From the IMG/VR virus record IMGVR_UViG_3300014059_000008, positions 1-64,000 of that record: DNA of 64,000 nt, one strand, 5' to 3'. The notes beneath the pieces are model-generated. The model did not search any database. It was not told the DNA's origin and saw only the letters and a list, made by a program, of their open reading frames with translations. This DNA comes from a virus (lineage: Duplodnaviria > Caudoviricetes). Shown in pieces: positions 37,317 through 45,191 of this stretch. Position numbers and translations under genes: made by a program. Position 1 is the first letter of the stretch. Each line of letters opens with the position of its first letter.

Positions 37317-38399
37317 CTATGACTTTGGCTCAGGCGCTCGCGGGAATCCGGCGAGTGAGTTGATGAATGTAGCCCTTGCTTGCATCTTTTCAGTTTCGGT
37401 TCCACCGTAAGTATCCAATTGCAGCATATGAAGCCTCTTTCGCGCGGCAATTGTCTGGATGTCCTTCTCGATGTCTTCCGGCGCTGACGACACAGAAAGG
37501 TATGCCCTGTATCCAGCCATGCTCCATTTGATCTGTTCTATCTGCGGCAAGGATTCCCACAATGCTACTCCGCCGTGCATGTTGAATCCCTCGTAGGCAA
37601 TCTGGCCCAACGACTTACCGACACCAGCTCGGGCCTTCATGGCATTCTCGAACTCGCGCGACAGTCTGCACAGCCGCTGCTGATGTTCTTTGGTCGATAT
37701 CTTTTCGGCCCAGATCTCGTCAGTGGTTGGGATGCGCACTACATACGGGCCACCGGCATGGGCAACGGACCCATGCAGCAGCAGCGCCTTCTGGAAGTCC
37801 TCACCCTCCTTGACCTTGTGTCCGATCGTTCCATAGCTGCCGATCGGCCACTTGATGCCGCCGATGACAACGGAGAAGGTGCGGTTCTCTTCCTGGGTGA
37901 TGGTAATGGGGCACGATGGAGACGGCGCATCAGATTGCGTAGTGTTCTGGGCTTGGCTTTCCCAATTGCAAACACGCCCGATGAATAGCTTTTTCAGCTC
38001 ATCGGGAATCATCTCGCTGTCGGAAATGAGTTTGGTTAGGTAGTCGACTACTGATTGCTCTGTGATCGGTTGGCTCATGCTGGCGTCCTTTGGTTTTATG
38101 GGCTGCAGCCCTTGGTTATCTGCGACTAGCTTCTCAATAACTGGCAGTAGGTTCGGAAGATCTACTACGCCAGTGTCTACGCAATACGTACCGGTGATCG
38201 CTGGGATGTCGCTCTCTGGGAACATCTCGGCCAAGAAACCGCCCATGGCCACCAGCATCTGCTCAAACGCCAGACGAGTGAACGGCTTGGCACCGAACTC
38301 CGCATTGACCTTTTCGTTTAGGTCTATGAGCGTCCGAAATACCTTTTTGCTGCAGGTCATGAGCTGGCCTCTCAGCTTGAAATCGATTGCTAGTTTCAT
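37317..38399 (-). CDS. Hypothetical protein, paralogue of 36465..37283
   Basis: Same shared motifs plus ~105-aa N-terminal extension. Confidence 0.65.
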   Translation of the reverse strand: MKLAIDFKLRGQLMTCSKKVFRTLIDLNEKVNAEFGAKPFTRLAFEQMLVAMGGFLAEMFPESDIPAITGTYCVDTGVVDLPNLLPVIEKLVADNQGLQPIKPKDASMSQPITEQSVVDYLTKLISDSEMIPDELKKLFIGRVCNWESQAQNTTQSDAPSPSCPITITQEENRTFSVVIGGIKWPIGSYGTIGHKVKEGEDFQKALLLHGSVAHAGGPYVVRIPTTDEIWAEKISTKEHQQRLCRLSREFENAMKARAGVGKSLGQIAYEGFNMHGGVALWESLPQIEQIKWSMAGYRAYLSVSSAPEDIEKDIQTIAARKRLHMLQLDTYGGTETEKMQARATFINSLAGFPRAPEPKS

Positions 38400-39049
38400 G
38401 AATCGCTTTCCTTCTGTTCAGAGTAAGCCCGCTTGCGCCCATTGGATACTGTCGCCCGCACAAGCTCTGACAACTTCTCAGTCCACTTGTCGGCAATGGC
38501 TTTAATCATTTGGTCCGCGCCATCATGGTTTCCGTCATCAATGGCGCAGAATAGAGCACCTAGCTCTTTCTCTAGTTCTCGTGGCTTAGCGCTAGCAGCC
38601 GCGATGATAGATGGCTCATGTGCGCGCACTTTTGGGTCACGAAAAAAGAACCGTGATGAATTAGAGTCTGCCACAAGAAGCTCTTGCATATGAAGCATGA
38701 CGGATGGCGATACCGTTTTCTGTGTTTCCTCCATCGCATCTTCGATGTTTTGAATCTTGGGTAGCTCATCGATGGATGCTACGCAATGCACACCCATCGC
38801 ATCGAATATCAGCCCCAAGTCATGAGCCCACGAAAACACAGCATCTGGCCGCGTGTCCTCCGCTGCCACTGGCCCACGGATGCAAGACTCACCGACCTCG
38901 TGAAGCGTCATGACCCCGCTTTCATCCTTGCGAATCTCGTAGACCATGCCGGGCTTTAGCGATGGGTCCGCGCCCTTGGTGATTCCAATGATGGCCTTGG
39001 TTTCATCGCTTGGACGAATGACGATGCGGCCTACTGGTGTCGATGTCAT
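38396..39049 (-). CDS. Hypothetical protein
   Basis: Start MTSTPV overlaps upstream stop. Confidence 0.55.
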   Translation of the reverse strand: MTSTPVGRIVIRPSDETKAIIGITKGADPSLKPGMVYEIRKDESGVMTLHEVGESCIRGPVAAEDTRPDAVFSWAHDLGLIFDAMGVHCVASIDELPKIQNIEDAMEETQKTVSPSVMLHMQELLVADSNSSRFFFRDPKVRAHEPSIIAAASAKPRELEKELGALFCAIDDGNHDGADQMIKAIADKWTEKLSELVRATVSNGRKRAYSEQKESDS

Positions 39050-39309
39050 GCCTTCTCTTCTTCCTGCATCTGCTGCCAGCGCGTAAGCGTCACAATGGCC
39101 TCTTGGATATCCTTGCTGATGTCCTTCTGACCGCGCCCGCCTGCAACTAGCAGCTTCTTTATCGCGTGCTGCAGGCATGGGTCGGTGACATCGAACAACT
39201 TAAGAACTCGGTACACATCGACGTGTGAGTACTTGCACGGCTTGTGATAGTGGCTGTAAACCTGACGGATGCCGTCTCTGGATAGGTCTGGTTTTGGGTC
39301 TGTGCTCAT
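39046..39309 (-). CDS. DUF3310-like (T7 gp1.7-related) small protein
   Basis: SHY..VDVYRVLKLFDVTDPCLQHAIKKLLVAGGRGQKDISKDIQEA. Confidence 0.65.
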   Translation of the reverse strand: MSTDPKPDLSRDGIRQVYSHYHKPCKYSHVDVYRVLKLFDVTDPCLQHAIKKLLVAGGRGQKDISKDIQEAIVTLTRWQQMQEEEKA

Positions 39310-39312
39310 GGT

Positions 39313-39564
39313 TCACCGGATCTGAATGCTAAAGCCGTGCGCTACTAGAGTCCTGACGCGCGCTGGTAGGTCTCGGTTCAGAACCTCAACGGTCACGACG
39401 GCAAACTCCGATTTTGTGATCGTAAATGCCACTTGAGAAGAGCACGGTCCAAGGCATGCCTGTAGTAGTGCGTGCTCTGCATCTGATAGCGTCTCGCCTT
39501 CACTGCAGTATGTAAGCACGCTACATTTCTTGCGCTTGCCATGAGGGCTGATGTTTATTTTCAT
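39313..39564 (-). CDS. Hypothetical protein
   Basis: Packed ORF. Confidence 0.45.
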   Translation of the reverse strand: MKINISPHGKRKKCSVLTYCSEGETLSDAEHALLQACLGPCSSQVAFTITKSEFAVVTVEVLNRDLPARVRTLVAHGFSIQIR

Positions 39565-39568
39565 CGCA

Positions 39569-39907
39569 CTAGTCCTTCGGCTGAATCAGGCGAGCATCTT
39601 TTTCTGCTGCTGCAATCTCTTCATCGCTTGGCAGCGGAACACTCGTTGATGTCTTTTGGCGGATAATGCACTGCCCTGAAACTCTCACTAGATGAGAGCC
39701 GCCGACCTCGATGAAATACCATCCATCGCTACCATGCTGCGACTGCAACTGCCCCATCGTGCGACCGTGGTAGACGCGCTTTCCTCCGCTGTAACAGTCG
39801 ATAATTGCAGGCTCTCCAAACGATGTCAGGTTTCCGTATTCTGCATCAGTGCATGCGCATAACGATAGGATGGCAGCTGCTGACATCATTCTCTTTATTG
39901 GTTTCAT
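39569..39907 (-). CDS. Small phage lipoprotein
   Basis: LSLCA-CTDA lipobox; IDCYSGG motif. Confidence 0.65.
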   Translation of the reverse strand: MKPIKRMMSAAAILSLCACTDAEYGNLTSFGEPAIIDCYSGGKRVYHGRTMGQLQSQHGSDGWYFIEVGGSHLVRVSGQCIIRQKTSTSVPLPSDEEIAAAEKDARLIQPKD

Positions 39908-39930
39908 CGTCTCGTCCCTTCTCTTGGTTG

Positions 39931-40245
39931 TTAATTTTCAAACTCTAGCGTCCACGTCATTAGGCTATGAACGTCACTAGGAACCGACGCAACCCATCTC
40001 CGTTTGAACTCTTTACCCAGCGCCTCTGCTTCTTGGTACGACAGCGACGTGCGAATCAGTATGTACAAATACGGAGCATGCAGCATGTAGAGAGATAGCT
40101 TTGTCTTGGCCCCGAAGACTTCAGCAGCTATTTGAATAGCCGTCACCAAGGCAGGGGAAAGATGTTCATGTGCAGAAATGAACTCTTTCTGCATTGCCGT
40201 CAGGGTTCCATAGGCTGCTGCTATTTCTGATAGCTGGGTAGTCAT
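39931..40245 (-). CDS. Hypothetical protein
   Basis: ATGA-coupled ORF. Confidence 0.5.
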   Translation of the reverse strand: MTTQLSEIAAAYGTLTAMQKEFISAHEHLSPALVTAIQIAAEVFGAKTKLSLYMLHAPYLYILIRTSLSYQEAEALGKEFKRRWVASVPSDVHSLMTWTLEFEN

Positions 40246-40526
40246 GGCTGATACCTGCTCAGAACATCAATTACCGCGTCGTACATGGCGACCTCTCTGC
40301 GCTGGGCCGATGCGATAGCCTTGTGCATGTCAGCTTCTTTTATGCGCTGCTTAGGAGCTAGCTTGCATCCTGCCTTGCGCCATTCTGCAGACGTTCCACG
40401 GACATATGCTTCTAACATCTGCGTTCGCCCAGCAAGCGCTTCCGTGATGGCGGTTTTCTTTAGTTTTATAAACAGCAAAAGATCGCCAATGGTAAACGTC
40501 TCTTCCTGTGGAGTTTCTTGGCTCAT
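40242..40526 (-). CDS. Hypothetical protein
   Basis: Probable start MSQETP overlapping upstream stop. Confidence 0.5.
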   Translation of the reverse strand: MSQETPQEETFTIGDLLLFIKLKKTAITEALAGRTQMLEAYVRGTSAEWRKAGCKLAPKQRIKEADMHKAIASAQRREVAMYDAVIDVLSRYQP

Positions 40527-41404
40527 GCACTGCTCCGCGTCAAAGTGGCCACAAACATCTCGCGACACTTCACGCATCCAATCTCTCTGCCATCTGCATG
40601 ACTAAGAGACACCGACGCATCATAGACGGGCTTCTCATCGTCAGATCCACACATAGCACTCATGCCTGCGGAGAATGAGACGTGGCTACCATCTGCAGTC
40701 GAAACTGGTATGCCCTCTTCCTCGAACCACTCAGCTACAGCGCGCTTGATTGAGTCGCAGCACTGCGGAAGAACTTCGCGCACCATCTGCAGCAGCTTCT
40801 GTTTATCGCCTGCGTCGGATAATGGAATCCGATCCAGCCTTCGCTGCAGCAGTATGACCAGCATGTCCACACCTGGATCGTCCACCACTTGCGGCATGAA
40901 CCGGATGAACTCGGCCACGCCACGATCCAGGATGCAGCTGGCAATCTGGTTGCGGAGCTTGCCGCCGGTTCTATCGTCTAGTTCCATCCACCATGCAAAG
41001 TCGTGCGGCTGCTTTCTGACGATGCCGAGCACTGCAACTTGCTTGGTTTTCGACAGAGTGGCGAAATTGCTCTGCGCAACTAAAGCATGCGCCTCAGCTC
41101 CGATGTCAGCGTCTATCTCCCTGGCAAGTTCTAGCAGCTCTCCCGCGTAGTAATCCGATGCAGACTCTGGATCACTTAGAAACTCTCGGGCCAGTTCTGC
41201 GCATGTCAGCCGCACAAGTTGACGCAGGAAGCCTGTCGCCTCTTTTTTGTGCCACTTAATTAAGCTCTGCGCCGTTGTCTCTTCTAGTCGGATGCACAGC
41301 AGCGGCATCTCTGACTCTAGGTGCTCTTTCAGCCATGCTTTGAGTTGACGTGGATGTAGTCGGTCTAGGTGATCTCTTACTGTCCACATGAGCCTATCCT
41401 CCAC
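40523..41404 (-). CDS. Hypothetical helical protein
   Basis: 293-aa ORF. Confidence 0.6.
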   Translation of the reverse strand: MEDRLMWTVRDHLDRLHPRQLKAWLKEHLESEMPLLCIRLEETTAQSLIKWHKKEATGFLRQLVRLTCAELAREFLSDPESASDYYAGELLELAREIDADIGAEAHALVAQSNFATLSKTKQVAVLGIVRKQPHDFAWWMELDDRTGGKLRNQIASCILDRGVAEFIRFMPQVVDDPGVDMLVILLQRRLDRIPLSDAGDKQKLLQMVREVLPQCCDSIKRAVAEWFEEEGIPVSTADGSHVSFSAGMSAMCGSDDEKPVYDASVSLSHADGREIGCVKCREMFVATLTRSSA

Positions 41405-41613
41405 TGCGCAAATCGTCGCCTTGTAGCCCTGTTGTGCATACGTCTATTCCGCGCGGCATCTTGGCGCTGCATCAGGACTAGAAGTTTCCTGGTCTGTCGC
41501 GGGGTCAGTTCTGCATCATCCAGGTCTGCGCGCGATATGCCGGTCAGTATGCAGCGCTCGGTCAGGATGTCGTAGCGGCCATGCTGTAGACGATGGGCGG
41601 TGTGGGGCTTCAT
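41377..41613 (-). CDS. Small basic protein
   Basis: ATGA-coupled ORF. Confidence 0.5.
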   Translation of the reverse strand: MKPHTAHRLQHGRYDILTERCILTGISRADLDDAELTPRQTRKLLVLMQRQDAARNRRMHNRATRRRFAQWRIGSCGQ

Positions 41614-41822
41614 CGCGGCGGCCTATTTTTCTTGGCCCACGCTGCGGTCAGCTTAAAAAGAGCCGTTTCTGCTTTCGATTGTCGATCGAGTTCTTCTTCA
41701 GTCGGGTCATCCACAGTGAGATCGTCAAGCTCCACAAGCAGGTCCAAAACCTTGTGTAGTGCGCGCCCCTGATCACAACTGGCCGACAACTCGACGATCG
41801 CTTGGACTTCTTCGTCATCCAT
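41610..41822 (-). CDS. Small acidic protein, first CDS after the tRNA-like cluster
   Basis: GGAGGA RBS; D/E-rich. Confidence 0.55.
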   Translation of the reverse strand: MDDEEVQAIVELSASCDQGRALHKVLDLLVELDDLTVDDPTEEELDRQSKAETALFKLTAAWAKKNRPPR

Positions 41823-41847
41823 CTACTTGTTCCTCCTGCCAGAACCA

Positions 41848-41922
41848 AGGTGCGCACCGGACTCGAACCGGTAATTCCCATCAACTAGTGATCGGCCTTT
41901 TACCAATTAAAGGTAGCGCACC
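41848..41922 (-). tRNA. tRNA-like RNA 3: full cloverleaf with non-canonical anticodon loop
   Basis: GGTGCGC-TA-CCTT/AAGG-C-CGATC[ACTAGTT]GATGG-GAATT-ACCGG[TTCGAGT]CCGGT-GCGCACC; no U33 or purine 37; G:G mismatch in stem; no encoded CCA. Confidence 0.75.
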
Positions 41923-41929
41923 AAAAGAG

Positions 41930-42013
41930 TGCATCGATCGGGTGATACATGAGGCAGAACGCTCTAAGGCCCAGCCGTAGATCTCCTGACGGCAACACAG
42001 CCCGACCGATGCA
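41930..42013 (-). ncRNA. Structured element between tRNA-like RNAs
   Basis: 13-bp closing stem TGCATCGGTCGGG/CCCGATCGATGCA enclosing a GCCGT/ACGGC hairpin. Confidence 0.5.
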
Positions 42014-42014
42014 G

Positions 42015-42115
42015 TGGACCACCCAGGCTTTGAACCTGGATTATAGCAGCCGTTGGTGAGTCGCTTTCGCTGTGACTCTGCGCCGCTCTAGTTTTACCGG
42101 TTAAACTAGTGGTCT
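42015..42115 (-). ncRNA. tRNA-like RNA 2: anticodon arm replaced by long GNRA-capped hairpin
   Basis: AGACCAC-TA-GTTT[AACCGGTA]AAAC-(51 nt)-CCAGG[TTCAAAG]CCTGG-GTGGTCC-A. Confidence 0.65.
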
Positions 42116-42317
42116 GATTTGCCGGGATTGCCCACCCGGCCTGGGTTGAGAGGTCTTCCAATTCTCTGTCTGACCGCAACTCCGTCAGTTGAGGCCCTAT
42201 CCGGCTTAGGGTTGCCTGCCTGTTTTTGGTACGAGTCCCACGTACTAGCGATGCGCAATATCGCTGCCAGACTGTTACGATTTTAGGGTTCCAAAGCTGG
42301 TCATAACGTCATCCCTG

Positions 42318-42378
42318 CGACCCGTCCAGGGATCGAACCTGGGACCAAGAGCTTGCTCTACCGCTGAGCTAACAGGTC
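42318..42378 (-). ncRNA. tRNA-like RNA 1: tRNA-Lys-like with anticodon stem deleted (61 nt)
   Basis: GACCTGT-TA-GCTC[AGCGGTA]GAGC-AAGCTCTTGGTC-CCAGG[TTCGATC]CCTGG-ACGGGTC-G. Confidence 0.7.
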
Positions 42379-42495
42379 AAACTACGCTCCGATGGTATCG
42401 ATCATATCGAATGCTCGGAGCAACACATACCGCAAGTTTAGCCCAGACGGGCGCGCTCGATACCTTCACGCTAGACGACCGACCTCACTTGGGCA

Positions 42496-42524
42496 TAAGT
42501 ACACAGGTTGCCTAGTAGTGTCAA
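42496..42524 (-). promoter_or_regulatory. Sigma70-type promoter facing the tRNA-like cluster
   Basis: TTGACA-17 nt-TACTTA. Confidence 0.65.
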
Positions 42525-42529
42525 TATCA

Positions 42530-42970
42530 TTATTTCGGCGACCCGTAAGCCAACCATCCAGCATCGACGCCAAGAGCCGCTGCGATGCGCTCCACTACTG
42601 CCCGCGCTGGATCGGTGCGGCCTGATTCATAGCTTCCGACTACCGTGGGGCTTATCTTGGCAGCAGCGGCCAGCTTGCGGATGCTTATCTTGGCCATGGT
42701 CCGCGTGCGCAGCAGGCGATCTGGGAACGTATCTGCGGCTTTTGGTGCTTGCTTTTGCAGCGGCTGTACACGCGGCTCCAGCTCGTAGCCTAGCGCTGTC
42801 AGGATCTTTGACAGGGTGCCGATCTGCATTGTGGTTTTGCCGCCGAGCACCTGGGTGATGTTCGCAGGCGCGCAGCCCATGCGGCGTGCCAGCTCGCGGC
42901 GGCTGACTTTGTGCCGCGTCATCAGCTCGCAGATAATCTCTGTGATGGCTACTTGGGTGCGGTCAGTCAT
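42530..42970 (-). CDS. Regulator with two tandem XRE HTH domains
   Basis: VSRRELARRMGCAPANITQVLGG and ISIRKLAAAAKISPTVVGSYESG...LGVDAGWL. Confidence 0.85.
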   Translation of the reverse strand: MTDRTQVAITEIICELMTRHKVSRRELARRMGCAPANITQVLGGKTTMQIGTLSKILTALGYELEPRVQPLQKQAPKAADTFPDRLLRTRTMAKISIRKLAAAAKISPTVVGSYESGRTDPARAVVERIAAALGVDAGWLAYGSPK

Positions 42971-43461
42971 CGGCACTCCCGAGCAAACTTCAGCGCTTCA
43001 TCATGACCGTGCTGCCGGTCTGCTGCAGCTTTCTGTGCGTCCTCTAGCGTTGGGTGGATGTCAGACGGAAAGACGCTGTGGTTATACGCAAGAGCACCTT
43101 CACTTAGGCCGATAGCGCTTACCTTGTCGGTCGCCGCATAGTAAGCGCGCACTTCCTCGTAGCGCACTTTAACCATACGACCGCCCCGCTTCTCATGCGT
43201 AGGCTTCACGACTCGAAATCCGACAAAATGTATTGTGTCGCCAATCTTGTGCTTTGCCCAAGAGATGGCTACAGCTTTGTCGGCCTCGGACCTGGCTGCT
43301 GCAGCGGAAGACTCTGCTAGCTTTCTGGCTACTGCCTCGGTGGACTTGGGGCACTTGAGCATGTGCGCGTCGTATCCGGCCTGAGTGGTCCACTTGGGCT
43401 GTGGGTAGCGTGAATCGCCGCACTTGTTTGGGCAGCGGTATGTGGTTGGTTTGGTGGTCAT
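42967..43461 (-). CDS. Hypothetical protein with N-terminal C/H zinc motif
   Basis: CPNKC...H..C. Confidence 0.6.
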   Translation of the reverse strand: MTTKPTTYRCPNKCGDSRYPQPKWTTQAGYDAHMLKCPKSTEAVARKLAESSAAAARSEADKAVAISWAKHKIGDTIHFVGFRVVKPTHEKRGGRMVKVRYEEVRAYYAATDKVSAIGLSEGALAYNHSVFPSDIHPTLEDAQKAAADRQHGHDEALKFARECR

Positions 43462-45191
43462 GCTTTTGCGCTCCTCTTGACTAATGGCTTTGCTTTCTTA
43501 TTACGTGCCCACGGGTTTACTGGCTCAATTCCGCGCCTCGCTCTAGCTGATGCCACTGAAGATGAATCTATGCCTAGTGTTTTGGCTAGCTCATTATCTG
43601 AAACCAGACCAAGAGGTTGCGAGTCCCAGTCAATAAACTCAGCGAGCGCTCTAGGAAGTCCAAGCCGTTTTCGGGCCGCACTTACTGTGCTTTTGCAGAT
43701 GCCAAATCGTTTAGCTAGTTCGATATTGGTAGCGTTTTCAAAGAGTTCCTTAGTCCATGTTACTTTTTTTACGTACCTGTTTTCCCCATTAATTCCGCGT
43801 TGTCTTCGTGCATACGAAACTGCTGTTGCTGTTACATTTAGCTTCTTTGCTATTTCTGAGTCTGGCATTTGCCCAAGTGGCTGCTCATCCCAGTTGATCC
43901 ACTTTCTCATGTCTAGTGGCCTTGTTTGGTAGTCCACTCGGGCTATGATCAACGCTAGCAGTTCGGGATCTTCCTTTAGCTCCCGCTCTGCCTGCTCAAT
44001 AACTGCGATCGGTTCAGCTCCTGGCGTCTCATCTGCAATTTGACGCGCTCGCTCCCGAACCTCTGGCGACAGTGGCCGCATCAGATCCACTGCAGACACC
44101 AGCGCGTGATTGCTGCTGTTGTCCGTGAAGTCGAGCACTAGCAGGTCATCCTTCCCTTTTGCTAGCCGGGTCCCGCGTCCGATGGCTTGGCAGTAAAGCG
44201 CTCGGCTCTTGGTGGGCCGCGCCATGACTACGCATGATGTCAGCGGAAGATCCACGCCACGCAGCAGCAGCGCGCAGCTGCAGAGGAACTGGATCTTGCC
44301 CTTCTCGTACTGCTGCAGGATGCGCCGCCGGTCTTGCAACTTCATCTTGCCGTGGATGACAGCAGCCGACTTGGGCGCGTACCGATTGAATACGTCGGCC
44401 AGCGCTTCGGCGTGCGCCACGGTAGCTGCGAACACAATGGATGGCCGATCGCCTGCCAGCTCCATGCTGGGCCTCACAACTTCATGCAGCGCCTTCTCGT
44501 GAATCAGCACGCGCTCTAGGTCTGCATTGGAGTAGTCACCATCTACGGTCTTCACCTTGTCGAGCGTGACAGACTGAATGCGCACCAAGGTTCTGCGGAT
44601 CGGTGACAGGTAGCCCTGAGTGATTAGGTCGCCCATGTACAGCGGCGTGATCACTTTCTCGAATACAGACCCAAGGCTCTTGCCATCTGCGCGGTCCGGC
44701 GTAGCGGTGCATCCAAACACGCGGGCGCTGCTGAAGTAATTAAGCACGTCGCTATAGGACGGGGCCACTCCCAGATCGGCCTCGTCGATGACTATCAGCG
44801 CAAAGGATGCCGGGTCGAACGTCTGCAGCTTCCCAGGGCTGCGCATAGACTGGATGGTGGCGCAGACCACATTGGGCAGGTGCCTTGGGTCTACGCGCTT
44901 CCTGCCTTGCTCTACACCTACGCTGAGTCCGGTCCGCTGGTCGATGACATCTGCAGCCTGACCCACTAGGTGCTCGCGGTCCGCAAGTACCAGGGTGCGC
45001 CCATGGTTCTGGTGAAACATGAACGCCAGCTCAGCAAAAACAAACGTCTTGCCTCCGCCAGTTGGGCAGACGAATAGAGCCGAGCGGCTGTCAGCTAGCG
45101 CGGTGGACGCCTCCATGATCGCGCGCTCTTGGTAGTCTCGGAGTTTGGGTTTCACTTGGAACTCCTGCGACATGCTTCCAGGTTCATCCAA
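43458..45191 (-). CDS. SF2 DEAD/DEAH-type helicase with C-terminal HTH repeats
   Basis: LRDYQ, PTGGGKT, IDEAD, TATPDRADG, QAIGRGTR. Confidence 0.92.
   Translation of the reverse strand: MDEPGSMSQEFQVKPKLRDYQERAIMEASTALADSRSALFVCPTGGGKTFVFAELAFMFHQNHGRTLVLADREHLVGQAADVIDQRTGLSVGVEQGRKRVDPRHLPNVVCATIQSMRSPGKLQTFDPASFALIVIDEADLGVAPSYSDVLNYFSSARVFGCTATPDRADGKSLGSVFEKVITPLYMGDLITQGYLSPIRRTLVRIQSVTLDKVKTVDGDYSNADLERVLIHEKALHEVVRPSMELAGDRPSIVFAATVAHAEALADVFNRYAPKSAAVIHGKMKLQDRRRILQQYEKGKIQFLCSCALLLRGVDLPLTSCVVMARPTKSRALYCQAIGRGTRLAKGKDDLLVLDFTDNSSNHALVSAVDLMRPLSPEVRERARQIADETPGAEPIAVIEQAERELKEDPELLALIIARVDYQTRPLDMRKWINWDEQPLGQMPDSEIAKKLNVTATAVSYARRQRGINGENRYVKKVTWTKELFENATNIELAKRFGICKSTVSAARKRLGLPRALAEFIDWDSQPLGLVSDNELAKTLGIDSSSVASARARRGIEPVNPWARNKKAKPLVKRSAKA

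Noticed and set aside
41964-42179. 71-aa minus-strand ORF in the tRNA-like cluster
   Set aside because: TTG start; overlaps well-formed RNA structures; no protein features
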